This document shows, one piece after another, positions 35,438 through 47,975 of a stretch of DNA of 64,000 nt. Source of the DNA: Histomonas meleagridis 2922-C6/04-290x (taxonomy: Eukaryota > Protista > Parabasalia); NCBI GenBank assembly GCA_020184695.1, contig JAANOX010000087.1:1-64000 (forward strand), written 5' to 3'. Under the pieces are notes generated by a model, which did no database searches, was not told the origin of the DNA, and saw nothing but the letters and a program-made list of their open reading frames with translations. The position numbers were made by a program, and so were the translations under genes. Position 1 is the first letter of the stretch, and every line of letters begins with the position of its first letter.

Positions 35438-35890
35438 TCAATCTGTATGACTCTTTTTATCTGTTTTATTGGAATTTGTATTATTTTTCTTTCTTTGGAA
35501 ATGGAGATCAATGAGACGACCGCCAAGATTGCCAACTAAAAATGAAAATAAACAGATACAAGTAAACACAGGTGGTACAACAAAGAAAAAGATGAGAAAA
35601 ATATTGTTTTCATCAAAATAATTATCTGAAAACCCAAGCAATTTCCATCTTTTAGAAATAAAGTTTCCTATTTTCTCCGAAGACAATGCTTCCATCATGC
35701 AAAATATGAAAAATATTGCACGATATGTTTTGTTATTTCTGTGAATCATGGCAAATAGAAAAATAGTCAAATGATATATTAATAGAGCAATTATAGGTAA
35801 ATCTATAAAATTTACCTTTTTAATAACATCAAGTACGTTCACTTCTATTGTGTTTAAATTTTGAAAATCATCTTGAAATTCGATGTCCAT
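35438..35890 (-). CDS. TMEM18: TMEM18-like membrane protein
   Basis: SEKIGNFISKRWKLLGFSDNYFDENNIFLIFFFVVP plus a basic C-terminal tail. Confidence 0.7.
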   Translation of the reverse strand: MDIEFQDDFQNLNTIEVNVLDVIKKVNFIDLPIIALLIYHLTIFLFAMIHRNNKTYRAIFFIFCMMEALSSEKIGNFISKRWKLLGFSDNYFDENNIFLIFFFVVPPVFTCICLFSFLVGNLGGRLIDLHFQRKKNNTNSNKTDKKSHTD

Positions 35891-36016
35891 TTGATGACAA
35901 AATTTGTTTCTCTCAAAATTTATGACATCGAATAATCAAAAATTTGAAAAAGTTTTATCCGCTGCTAGCGGCTGGAAATTTTATAAGTAAATCATAACAA
36001 CCAGCTCACCTCAAGT

Positions 36017-36614
<598 letters not shown>

Positions 36615-38033
36615 TTATTAATTACAAAGTTTTTTTTTTCTTTTTTTTCCAAATTTTTCTTATTTAATTTTTTTTTTCAGATGCTTAATGGAATGACATT
36701 TTTACTTCATAAATTTAATATTCATTGAATCAATTATATCGTGGATTTGAAATTTTTGATTTACTTTTTCTACAAATATCTATAGTTATCATATATAAAT
36801 AAATAATTATTAAGAATTAATACTTATTATAATTATTAATATGGAAATAAAATGTGCTCATCAATACTATTTTTAGTTTCTCAAAATGATTTTTAATTAC
36901 AAAGTTTTCTTTTTTCCTTTCTTTTTCATTTATCTTTTCTTCTCCCTTCTCCATTTTTAATTTTTCCCTCTTTTTTTAGTGATTGTTTCTTTCTAATTTT
37001 TTATTTTAGAATAATAAAGGAAACAAAATGTTGTAATATTAAATACTTTTTATATTAGGGTATTACTTTACTATAAATATCAGTATTTATAAAAAAAAAA
37101 TAAATTTTATAATACAAATATATACTCTATATTTTATATGAATATCTGATAACAAAATACATTTATGAATATATAATTCGTTTTGAAATGTGATTTTCTT
37201 CAATGGGTCTATTTGAAACATAAATTGATATATTAATTTTGTTGAAGACTTGGTACAATTGTCACTTTTCTTGTACATTGAGAAAATTACAAAATTAATT
37301 TTTTTCCGAAAAAAAATTTATCAAATATATATTACTAAATATGTTCTCTATGAATAATGTTATATTGAAATGCTGATCTACATGCTATTCATCGCAGTCT
37401 AATATGTTAAACGAAGAAAATTTTTTGTAACTGATGAAAATGATTTTTCATAAAATAGTTATAATACTCGTGATTTTTATATTCATTTTCACATGTATTA
37501 TGAATTTGTAAGCGATGAAATAGGTCAAAATTCAGTTTTATTTCTTATTAAAATTTATTCATTGGATAACGGATATTTGAATTAAGAATATCTTATGATG
37601 TTTTAATGGATTGAAGATTTTGAATAAACTATAAAACATTAATAAAAATAAATATTGTAATTACAATAAAGAATCATAAATAAATTACAACCAAACGGCG
37701 TTTGAGACCTCGTCAAAAAACAAATTCCATAAATGGTTTTGACATATATTTTCTATACGAGCCAATATTCATCAATAAAATAATCAATAAAATTCAATTC
37801 TTATATATTTATTTAGTTTAACCAACAAATATATGAAATATTTTGATTTTTATCAAGAATTAGATTCACTGCCTGAAAAAGTTGACCGGTTTTGTCAATT
37901 TTTGAGTTATTTCCTTTGAAATTGATTTTGGCCAAAAAATTCTGTCGGTTATCAATAATATAAACCATACAAAAATTAACTTTTGAACAATTTCTGCGGT
38001 TTAATTCAATTAACACACTCATAATTTTTTATC

Positions 38034-38681
38034 ATGTACCAACTCCACTTAAGAGTTATCGAAGCTACTGACATCCCAAGAATGGATGTTAACGCTACCG
38101 ATGCATACTGCATCATCACACTCGGCGGGCAAACAAGAAGAACCCGAGTTATCAAGAATTCAATGCATCCAAGATGGAACGAAGACTTCCATTTCGATAC
38201 AAACGGTAACGAATCACTTCGCATTAACATGAAAGATGAGGACCTTATCAAGGATGACCCAATGTCATATCTTGATATCCACTTAGGCTCATTCGTTAAA
38301 GGTCAAGTTATCGACCAATGGTACGATATGATCCCACACCGCCGTGTTAAGAAGGGTGGCCGTATCCACTTGGTTATCCATGTTGCTCCACGTGGTGCAC
38401 AACCATTTGCTAATACAATGATGCAACCAACAATGCCAATGATGCAGCCAACAATGCCAATGATGCAACCAGCAATGCCAATGAGACCAATGCAACCCAT
38501 GATGCCAATGCAACCGACAATGCCAATGAGACCAATGCAACCACCTTATCCACAACCAGCCTACCCACAACCAGCTTATCCACAACCTGGTTATCCAATG
38601 CAACCAGGATATCCTCAACCAGCCTATCCACAACCTGGTTATCCTCAACCAGCTTACCCAGGCTACTACCGTCCATACTAA
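38034..38681 (+). CDS. C2 domain protein with MQP and XYPPX-like repeats
   Basis: LHLRVIEATDIPRMD..TDAYC..TRVIKNSMHPRWNEDF..DEDLIKDD, followed by PM(M/R)PMQ and YPQP(A/G) repeats. Confidence 0.92.
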   Translation: MYQLHLRVIEATDIPRMDVNATDAYCIITLGGQTRRTRVIKNSMHPRWNEDFHFDTNGNESLRINMKDEDLIKDDPMSYLDIHLGSFVKGQVIDQWYDMIPHRRVKKGGRIHLVIHVAPRGAQPFANTMMQPTMPMMQPTMPMMQPAMPMRPMQPMMPMQPTMPMRPMQPPYPQPAYPQPAYPQPGYPMQPGYPQPAYPQPGYPQPAYPGYYRPY

Positions 38682-38884
38682 GGCGCATTCTTAAACAAGT
38701 TCATCAATTTTTTTTGTAAACTTGTTTTTGATTTTATTTTGAGGCACCTCAAAGTAACGTATTGAAATTCATTTGAATAGTTTATTCAAAAACTGCCAAA
38801 AATAACATTTTTTAATAAATTTTGTTTTTTCTCATTTTATGATGAAGAAAAAGATAAAAAATAATTGCAAAATTAAAGTTTGGT

Positions 38885-39403
38885 TTAAACCAAAATCTTT
38901 AAAAATTCTTCAGCACACTTACGTGCCCTCTTATTCAGTGTAACTTTCATATCGGAAATTTCCTTATCGACGTCCTGAAGGAAAGTGATGATAAAATCAA
39001 TCAGCTTGGACAAAATCATTTGTTCGGTGTGAATGTTGGTTACCAAAAATGAAATATCATATCCTTCAATTGGCTTACGACGAAGGATACGGAATTGATC
39101 TGCACGTTGACAAAGGAAACGCATGAACATTTTGACCAAAAGAGTGTCTACATCATCAAGCTGCTTCACCTTAACTGAAATACGAACACTATTGATTGAA
39201 GTCTCAATAAAGACTGCCTCAATTTCTGATCTTGCAATCATGATTGGATGACCAATAACTTCGCGAGAAGATTTAGTTTGTGTTTCTATTTCTGGTTTGT
39301 TATGACGTTCAACATCTTGTGATGCGAAGTTCCGTAAGCAGAGGGCAGACTGGAGTGAACGGCGGATAGCATTTAAGTATGGCTGAAGGGGGCTTTGTGC
39401 CAT
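38885..39403 (-). CDS. ARPC4: Arp2/3 complex subunit 4 (p20)
   Basis: [57 protein letters not shown]. Confidence 0.97.
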   Translation of the reverse strand: MAQSPLQPYLNAIRRSLQSALCLRNFASQDVERHNKPEIETQTKSSREVIGHPIMIARSEIEAVFIETSINSVRISVKVKQLDDVDTLLVKMFMRFLCQRADQFRILRRKPIEGYDISFLVTNIHTEQMILSKLIDFIITFLQDVDKEISDMKVTLNKRARKCAEEFLKILV

Positions 39404-39627
39404 TGGACAAATGACAGAAACAAATCAAACCCCCACAATTTCATTCAAAAACAAAAAGTGACTGTAAAGGGCGCCCCAGAAAACGTTTAACCAATTTATT
39501 CTTCATTTAGAACAATTTTCGCTTTTGTAAATGCGTTGCATTTCATTTAAACTCTACAAGCCAATGAATTTAGTAACGAAATACTGAAAAAAATTCAAAA
39601 CGATCGTTTACAAAATTTTAGGAACCT

Positions 39628-40488
39628 TTAATCAGTTTGCTTGATTTTTTGGAACATCTTTGCAAAGTTTTCATTTTCGCGTTTTCTTGCTTCTTTTTCA
39701 GCTTCGAGGAGTCTTTTCTTTAAATTCTTAAATGCAGGATTATTATTAGAAATTCTAAGCGCTCGCTCAATAATTGTTCTTGCTTTATCAAGAATGCCCA
39801 TTGCAAGAAGTGATTCAGCCTTTCTCATAAGCGACTTAAGATCATCTTTATGAACACTTAAAACTTCATCAGCAAATTTGCAACACATATTCCAATTTCC
39901 AACTTTGCTGTATGTTAAGGATAGATTTCTTTGGGTTCTAACTTTTGCTTCAATCGCTTTATCCTCCGTGAAATCTTCAATGAGCTCCAGAGCTTTAGTA
40001 TAAACAACAATCGCACCAGCAAAATCTTCAGCGTGAAAACATTTTGCGCCCTCATCATTAAGTTGAGAGTTCTTTTCAATTGCTTCATCAAGTGAAAGGT
40101 TACCATCAATGATTGACACTAATGTGGCCTCTATAGTTAAAATAGTATCAGGTTTAATACCAAAATTCTCTGGTTTTCCATTGTAAATTGCGGAGAATTC
40201 TCCTTCGAATTTTGCAGTTTCTCCTAATTTCATTGTTTTCACACCAATGCTCCACAGGCCTATGTTGCTTTGACCAACAGTGAATTTATATGGTGAGCCT
40301 GGTTGTGTTTTTTCAATCTCTTTTCCTGAATCTTTGATGATAACTTTATATGAAACTTTTACTTTTTGCCCATCTTGTGGTGCATCACCGTTTCCTTCTT
40401 GTAAAATTTCTTTTTGAATTTTTCCGTCGTCTGTGATTGGAATCATGATTTGTTTTGTTTGACCATTTAACATTTCAATTATGGCCAT
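39628..40488 (-). CDS. FKBP-type immunophilin with TPR domain
   Basis: DDGKIQKEILQEGNG..PQDGQKVKVSY..FTVGQ..GVKTMKLGE, followed by three TPR motifs. Confidence 0.85.
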   Translation of the reverse strand: MAIIEMLNGQTKQIMIPITDDGKIQKEILQEGNGDAPQDGQKVKVSYKVIIKDSGKEIEKTQPGSPYKFTVGQSNIGLWSIGVKTMKLGETAKFEGEFSAIYNGKPENFGIKPDTILTIEATLVSIIDGNLSLDEAIEKNSQLNDEGAKCFHAEDFAGAIVVYTKALELIEDFTEDKAIEAKVRTQRNLSLTYSKVGNWNMCCKFADEVLSVHKDDLKSLMRKAESLLAMGILDKARTIIERALRISNNNPAFKNLKKRLLEAEKEARKRENENFAKMFQKIKQTD

Positions 40489-40731
40489 TTACGCACTTTT
40501 CGTAAGCATTTCAAAAAGTCGAGCCGATCAGATACAAATGCTTTTTCCAGTTGTCAAATGGAAAATCTAATAATATTCAATAAATGAAAATGAAAACAGA
40601 AAATATATTTATTCATTATTTCCAAATTTATTAGGAATGCTTCAAAAACATACACATTTTTTAGAAATAATCATTGAAGGTAAGTTCATAAAAACAAAAT
40701 TAAAAAAGCTTTAAATCTTAAAATTTATTGT

Positions 40732-41109
40732 TTAATGTAATTTTAATGTAACAGCTACATCACCTTTTCCTAGTACCTTTAATAAATCATTTTTCGTCAC
40801 GTTATTTATTTTTCCAATTCTTGTAAAATCCCAAGAATTATGATCATAATAAATTACAAAAGTAGTTCCCAAGTACAAAATCAAATCACCAGGGCCAGTT
40901 GAATATTGTTCATCATTTGTGGGGAGTTCAGTTGCAATAGGTCCCATTTTTTCCATGTGCATATAATCATATATTTCAATTGTTAATGGTCCTTGTTTTG
41001 ATAATTCTATCAAAGGTGCAGTTGAATTATTAACTAATTGTGCATTAAAAGTATGATTACCAACAATGAGATCTAATGTTTGAGATAACATTACAACAAA
41101 TGAAAACAA
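40732..41109 (-). CDS. Cyclophilin-like fold protein of bacterial type, with N-terminal hydrophobic leader
   Basis: FNAQLVNNSTA..LTIEIYDY..EKMG..LPT..GPGDLILYLG..VIYY..FTRIGKI. The ORF track begins at TTG, so the start is uncertain. Confidence 0.7.
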   Translation of the reverse strand: MFSFVVMLSQTLDLIVGNHTFNAQLVNNSTAPLIELSKQGPLTIEIYDYMHMEKMGPIATELPTNDEQYSTGPGDLILYLGTTFVIYYDHNSWDFTRIGKINNVTKNDLLKVLGKGDVAVTLKLH

Positions 41110-41400
41110 GATTTGATGACTACGATAAAATTTGAATCAGTTAACCGTCAATGTCAAATGAATTTTTCAAATATTTTACACTGAATTCTATCGAAACCGC
41201 TTGATTTTTTTTGAATTGATTTCGATCGTGATTACATCATGCAGTTATTTAATTCGAAGAAAGTCCTTCATTTGAATCTTTTGTGGATTTTTAATTACAT
41301 TAATATGTAAAAGTAGGTTTGTACAATATATGCGCATTTGGAAAACGGAAGTTATACACCTTAAAAAAAAAAAAATGGAACACGGTCCTTACATAAATAT

Positions 41401-42249
41401 TTACACAGTTTTTTTGAGTTCTTCGAGCTTTTCCCTTGTTGCTTGAACTCGCTTTTTTAGATTTTGCATTAATTGGATTTCTTCTTCTATTGTAAACACT
41501 TTACCAGAAACTTTTTCTTCAAGTTCTTCATTTAGTTCCTTTATTTTACTCTCAGCAGCGTCAAGCGCGTTGCTTATTTCTGTGATATTTCTTTCTGTTT
41601 TTTCGTTTCCTTGCTTTTTTGATGATTTCGAAATTAAATTTTCGGCTTTTTTCTCAAGTTCGAGGTATTCTCTTCTTTTAGAGCTTAGAAGGCTCTCTGC
41701 TCTGTCGTACCTTGAAATCATTTCCTCTTTGGCTTTGGATGCATTGAGAAGATAATTGCGATTTCTTCTTTCCAGCTTTAATCGCTGTTGGACAACTTTA
41801 TTTGATGACAAAAGTGGAAATTCGCGGTCTTGAACAAATTTGTAAAATTCTTTTGTTAATTTTTGGCTTTGACTTGGTGGTGAAAATCCAAATAAAATTA
41901 CTGGGTACTGAATAGATTGAAGGTCATTTGTAACACAAAATGTAGCAGAGCATTCAATAAATCCTTTGAGCAAAAGATTCACTGAAATTTGATCTTTTGG
42001 AATCTTGAGTTTATCTTTGAGCAAATAGGAATTGCTTCCATATGAAACTATAACAGGCAATTGGAAGTCATCAAAATAAGATAAATAAAGTTGAATAACA
42101 TCGACAATAGAAAAAGATATCATAGATTTGTTGAAATAAACAAAAATTCTACCATCAGAAACACTTTGCAATACTATTTCTCTCATTGTTTCGCTAACAT
42201 TTTCAAATGTGATTTCTTCCTCATCATTGTATGTTTGAATTGTTTTCAT
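41401..42249 (-). CDS. Hypothetical protein with C-terminal coiled coil
   Basis: 282 aa ORF. Confidence 0.75.
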   Translation of the reverse strand: MKTIQTYNDEEEITFENVSETMREIVLQSVSDGRIFVYFNKSMISFSIVDVIQLYLSYFDDFQLPVIVSYGSNSYLLKDKLKIPKDQISVNLLLKGFIECSATFCVTNDLQSIQYPVILFGFSPPSQSQKLTKEFYKFVQDREFPLLSSNKVVQQRLKLERRNRNYLLNASKAKEEMISRYDRAESLLSSKRREYLELEKKAENLISKSSKKQGNEKTERNITEISNALDAAESKIKELNEELEEKVSGKVFTIEEEIQLMQNLKKRVQATREKLEELKKTV

Positions 42250-43278
42250 TTTTACTCCAAGAGCTTGATTACATACCGCTTTTTGAAAGTATTCCGATCA
42301 AATTACTCTGAAATTCCATGTAGCCCACCAAACCAAGATCTAAGCAATATCTACATGGACTGATAAAATGTAAAATTTGGATTGTGGTGAATCATAATTT
42401 CACAGTGTTTGCATGTATTTTTCTGTAATTATTGTGTAGCAAACTATTAAATATGCATAACAATAACTATTAATTATGCACTTAATATGAGTAATAATAA
42501 AAGAATAAAAGAAACTTTATTTAATATCCATAATAATTTAGATACATTCAGAGAAAACAAGCATATTAAAAATATTGGAAAATTTCAAGCTTGAAAAATT
42601 TGATAATTAATTGACAGTTTCCTTTTGGTTCGCCTGATTTAATAACATCAAAACAACCAAAAAATCAAAATGACCACAATACATTGCATGGATTCAATAT
42701 GGTTATAAAGTTAAATTATAAATTTAAAGCAAATAAAAATAGCATGCTATCATCCAAACCAATTAAAAAAATGGTTCAATTAGTTGATGTGATAATTTGA
42801 GTTTCCTTACATTCATTAAAAAAAGTTCTCACTGCAGAAATAATCAATTTTTTATTCAAAAACATATGCTTTCCAAGAAATTTAAGGTAAGTTCATTTAA
42901 TGAGCACAATGAAATATAAATTATATAAATAAATTATGAAGGGAAATTGCTACCATTTCTTCAATATTAATTTAGTTGAAATAATTTACGATTTGTATTT
43001 TGAAAAATAAATGTTGATTTTTTTTCTGAAAATGATATTGGATTTCTTAGTGTTTTATTTAAAAATATTTATTTCATAATTCATCTAAAACTGTATATAA
43101 ATGTGATAATAATAATAATAATAATAACTAAAATTCATAATTTGGTGAAATTTTAAACCGGTTCAAATAATTCGACATTACGATAGATTGAAAATTGACA
43201 TGAATTTTTGTAAACTTGTTAAAATTGACAATGAGATTAATGTCGAAATAGTTTCCAAAATTTCTCTCATGTTCTTGT

Positions 43279-43521
43279 TTATTTATTTATATATTTCATG
43301 CAACTTTTTAGTTCTCTAAGGAGGTAATCATCTTGTCTTCTTCTTAATGAGGTAAACCATCTGTTTTTACACTGTAAATGATCTCTTTCATCAAAATACT
43401 TTGAAATTATTTTCCAATGGTGACCATGAGAACGCACTAATTTATATAAGAGATCATCTTCTTCTTGTGTCCATAGTTTCCTTGTTCTTGTTTTACTCAT
43501 AGCTTTAAGTTCACCTGTCAT
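43279..43521 (-). CDS. Single-repeat Myb protein
   Basis: WTQEEDDLL..GHHWKIISKYF..RDHLQCKNRWF. Probable start is MTGEL at 43521, just outside the duplication edge. Confidence 0.7.
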   Translation of the reverse strand: MTGELKAMSKTRTRKLWTQEEDDLLYKLVRSHGHHWKIISKYFDERDHLQCKNRWFTSLRRRQDDYLLRELKSCMKYINK

Positions 43522-43540
43522 ATCTAAAAATCGGGAAATT

Positions 43541-44106
43541 ATTACAGTGATGGAGTGCACGATTCAGGAACATTAATTAAGTGATTCAGTTAGTGAATTT
43601 TAAACATTGATTGTGGTGTTATTTCATATGAAAAAAAAAAACAATTTTCGAAAGACCGTTTTAAAAATAATGACCGCTATCATCACTGGAGCAGATGGTG
43701 GAATTGGTTCAGAAATAACTCTTGCTGTTGCAAAGGCAGGGTATCACGTAATAATGGGTTGTCTTCAACCTAAAGCTGCTGAAGCCAAAAGACAATATAT
43801 TATTAATAAATCAGCAAATAAGTCCATTGACATCCTCCCACTTGATTTATCTTCCTTTCAATCAGTTAATGATTTTTCGCGAAATATACGAAATAAAACC
43901 GATAATATTAAACTTTTGATGAACAATGCTGGGACAATGAACGGGAAAAGAATAATTTTGGAAAATGGCCTCGAAAAGACTGTATGTATAAATTGTGTTG
44001 GACCACATCTTCTCACTCGGAATCTCATTCCTATAATGTCATCTGGATCAAGAGTTGTTAATATGGTTTCACTTACTTACACTTGGGCCAACCTACAACT
44101 TCCTGA
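43541..44106 (+). repeat. Inverted segmental duplication, copy 2
   Basis: Reverse complement of 33100-33624. Begins ATTACAGTGATGG and ends at the transposase junction. Confidence 0.92.
43670..44106 (+). pseudogene. SDR copy 2, intact 5' half truncated by transposase sequence
   Basis: MTAIITGADGGIG..LLMNNAG..WANLQLP, then antisense transposase DNA. Confidence 0.85.
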
Positions 44107-45081
44107 TAACCCATCCATTTCCAAACACAGTTCTAAACGTTCACGAAATCTCAAACAAAGTTTGTTAATTAGGTCCGACGATAAATTATCCCAAACTTTT
44201 TTGATGACATCTATCAACTCGTTTTTGGTTTGTGGGTTCGCCTCGGTAACAGCTCTTTTCATGATAGCCCATAGTAGTTCTATCGGATTGAGATCTCAAT
44301 CCGGAGAATTGGCGGGCCAATCCGCAATTACATCCATAAATCTTTCCAACCAATCCATTGTTGCAGCAGAAGTATGCGAGCGTGCTCCGTCCTGCATGAA
44401 TAACCATCCATATTCACCATATTTTTTGTTCATTTCTTCGATAAATCCAGACTCAAGAATATTCAAAATATAAGTATCAGAATCCACAGAACCATCAATA
44501 ATTACCAAATAGCTCTTAATATCAACAGAAATAACACCAAAAATCATTACAGAAACAAGAAATTTCGTTTCATTAATTACTGAGTTTTTTGTAAAATCAC
44601 ATTTTCTAATCCAAACCCATCCGTTATCATTCCCAAGGACAAACCTGGATTCATCTGAAAAGGCAATTTTGTCAAGATAAAAATCTTCATTCAACATTCT
44701 TTGGCAAAATTTTTTACGATTATGTATTTGCTCTTCTGTCATTTTCTGTTGATGTTTTGGTGGTGTAAAATGAAAATTCATATCATTTCTGAGTTTTAAA
44801 ATATATTGTGGTGTTACTAATATACCAAAATTATTTTTAACATCTTCTGACAGCACTCTTGAAAGCTGTGCTGCATCTAGTAATGTATTAATCTCAATAA
44901 ATTTTATAATATCTTCTGTAATTTTTGGTTTAGCACCTCTTTTTACTGGTGATGGTATTTTACCAGTTTCATTGTATTCATTTATTACTCTTCCTACCCT
45001 ATGGCTACCCACATGTAGGATTTGAGTTATTTGGTGCGTACAACCATTTTGATATAGATCAACAATGGATTTTTCGACCAT
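44107..45081 (-). mobile_element. Tc1-like (IS630-Tc1-mariner) DD34E transposase, inactivated and 3'-truncated
   Basis: FSDESRF, FMQDGARSH and WPANSPD*DLNPIELLW. D-to-E spacing is 34 once a 6-nt insertion is removed. No paired TIRs found. Confidence 0.9.
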
Positions 45082-45542
45082 TTTTTTTAATAAACGGTAT
45101 TAATTCAAAATATAACATATATCATATTTAATTATCATTTTAATTTTTTTACAAAATAAAAATTGAATTTATTTAGTATATTTTCGATTAAATCCTTAAA
45201 AAATAATATATATAATAATACTTATATTCATGTAATATATGTAATTTCCTTAATTATCATTTGAGGTATCATTAAAAGAATGAGAATTACATTTGAATTA
45301 ATCGATATTTTTGATGTAAACATAAATGCATCAAGATGAATCACTCATGAAATTATTTTAAAATACAACAATTTTCGGCGATCAATCACGTCTGACGTAT
45401 TCCAAAGCTTACACAACGCATTCAACACGATTAGCCGAACAATTTTTGTTCATTCAATTTTGAATAAAATCAATTCAAAAAATTGAAAGATAAGCCATTG
45501 AAAATTAACCGTTCACAGAAACAATCACTTCATTTTTTCATA

Positions 45543-46187
45543 ATGAAAGTTGCTGTTATTGGTGCTACAGGCTTCATTGGTGCGAAGATATTCGAAGAGG
45601 CTGTTCCAAGAGGCTATGATACAATAGCTATTAGCAGGAATCCACCAAAAGAATTACCAAAAGGAAAATGCGCACATGTATCAGTAGATATTTTTAATTT
45701 ACAAGAACTCGAAAATGCATTAAAAGGAGCAGAAATTATTATTCATGCTTATTGTCCACCAAAAGATTCGACATTTGAAAAAATGGAAGAACTTCAAGTT
45801 AATGCAACAAAGAATATAATCGAAGCAGCTAAAAAAGTCGGAGCACGTCGTCTTCTTGCTGTTGGTGGTGCAGGTACACTCATAACTAATGGTGCTCGAA
45901 ATATGGATTCACCAGGATTCCCACCAGCTTACATGCCATTGGCTAATGCGACTGCTAAACTGCTTACACTTGTTTTGGAGCAAAAGGATGTTCCAGGAAC
46001 AGTGTTATGCCCATCAATGGAAATTTATCCAGGTGAAAAACAAGGTAAGTTTAGGTTAAGTGATGATGAAACAATATTCAACGAAAAAGGTGAAAGCAAA
46101 ATATCAAATTCTGATTATGCTGTTGCAATGATCGATGAAATAGCCGATGGTAATTACATTGGAAAACGTTTCACAGTTGGTTACTAA
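45543..46187 (+). CDS. NAD(P)-binding Rossmann protein (flavin reductase/YwnB-like), bacterial type
   Basis: MKVAVIGATGFIG..RLLAVGGAG..GKFRL..SKISNSDYAVAMIDE..KRFTVGY. TCACT/TCATT Inr-like motifs lie upstream. Confidence 0.9.
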   Translation: MKVAVIGATGFIGAKIFEEAVPRGYDTIAISRNPPKELPKGKCAHVSVDIFNLQELENALKGAEIIIHAYCPPKDSTFEKMEELQVNATKNIIEAAKKVGARRLLAVGGAGTLITNGARNMDSPGFPPAYMPLANATAKLLTLVLEQKDVPGTVLCPSMEIYPGEKQGKFRLSDDETIFNEKGESKISNSDYAVAMIDEIADGNYIGKRFTVGY

Positions 46188-46429
46188 ACAACTAACTCAT
46201 TATTTTTTATATTCTTATCTAATATATATAATAATATAACAATAATAATTTGTAACATGATACAGCAATATAAATTTCATTTAAAAAAAGCCCTTAAAAA
46301 ACACAAATTATAAATTTATTAATAAAAACATATTTAAACAACGAACATTTTATATTCGGTTAATTCCAATTTCTTCGCCAAATGAGGGAAATCATATACC
46401 AAAGTATCAATTAGTAATTAAATATATCT

Positions 46430-47580
46430 TAATGTTTCTTCAAATTCTTCTCCATATGTCGAAAGTTACCTTGACATATACAAAGAAATAATCAATCCTG
46501 ATTTTGGTGTCATTTATGAAGGTTCAGAAAAATCATTTCAAAGTAAAAAAGCTGAATCACTTCGACGTATAGTAGTTTCCATCATTCTTTACAAAGTTAC
46601 AGGTGACGAACTCAATAAGATATTTCTTATCATTAACTCATTTACAAGTACATATCACTTTTTCCTACATCTCCTGGCCGACAAATGTCAAATGTCTGAA
46701 GAAGACCGTGCGAAACTGATGAAAGGTCATGAATTCAACCAAATCCATGTGATCAGGAGCTGGATCAATTTCCGTGGTTTATTCAGCCAGAGAACGTTAA
46801 AGGCGATTGATGAGTTCCGCCGGAAAATCATCTCGGAAAGGCAGTCGGACTCAATTGTTGCACTTGCCAAGGCACTTCTTGATGCTATCCCAACAATCAA
46901 GTCGGGGTCGATACTAAAAACTATAGGAAAACCGACAGTTCAACCAATAATTGATAATCAACAAATTTTATTCAAGCTATCCCTTACAATCCTAGAGCCT
47001 AATCCTACAGACGTTGCACGTCAAGTAACGCTTGTGTTTCATGATGCTTATAAGAAAATTCATTCTCGAGAATTTGTTGTTGCACTTGGATCGAGCTATT
47101 TCACAAAAGACTTCTGCTCTTTCTGAGTTTTTCGAGATTGGCCGTAAGTTCCAGCTACAAATTCTTGAAGCGATTGTTTGTGCTACTGACAAATCAAAAG
47201 CGATTTCTCAAGTTCTTACTCTTTGTTCGGATCTTAACACACTTGGCAACTACGATGCTCTTTCGTGGATAACTAAGATCTTAGAACGCGAAGAACTTCG
47301 GAATTATCTTGTCAAATCTGATCCTAATTCATTTGAAAAGATCCTTCAAGCTTCAGCTTGATATTTGTGCGGAGTCAATGCTAACAATAAGGACGAATAT
47401 GCCACTACCCTCCTAAGCAGGTTTGGCAAGCGAGAACCAACATTACCTAACAAGCAAACCGAGGTACAGCCCAGCATCCCTATCATACATCAACGGTTTA
47501 ATAAACCTCAAAAAAAGGCGACCGTTTGCAAAAATCAAATCGAAAATGAGATTATTAGCTTTGCTTATAATCTTTTTTAA
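46430..47580 (+). pseudogene. RasGEF (CDC25-like) domain gene with frameshift and internal stop
   Basis: PTDVARQVTLVFHDAYKKIHSREF..LNTLGNYDAL..IL. Frameshift near 47095, TGA at 47359-47361, and no clean start. Confidence 0.65.
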
Positions 47581-47975
47581 TTATTTATTTATTCAAATTT
47601 TTTATAAATAGCTTTCATATATGTATTTTTTCTTTTAATTATTGAAAATAACTTCAAGTACGATTGTACTTCGGGGATACTTGTTTATTAAAAATGTCCT
47701 TATGCTAAAATGTACGTTCTTTTTTGTTTTATTATTATAATTATTATTCTTTCAACATATATGTGAATTCAAACATATTATAATGTTTTATTTATGATTC
47801 ATAAATCTTTTATTCTTTTTCTTTTTCAGCATATGATATTTATAAAATTTTTAATTAATTGCATTCACTAGAATTCTCTTTTTTATCTAACAAATTTAAT
47901 TACAGCAAAATGACATATAAATTATTTTTTTGCTACTAAAATTGACAAGGTTTGTCTGTAGCAAAAAACGATTCC

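Noticed and set aside
46430-47580. RasGEF gene as another cryptically decoded gene
   Set aside because: Breaks are a small frameshift and a point TGA, not AT-rich codon-bounded inserts.
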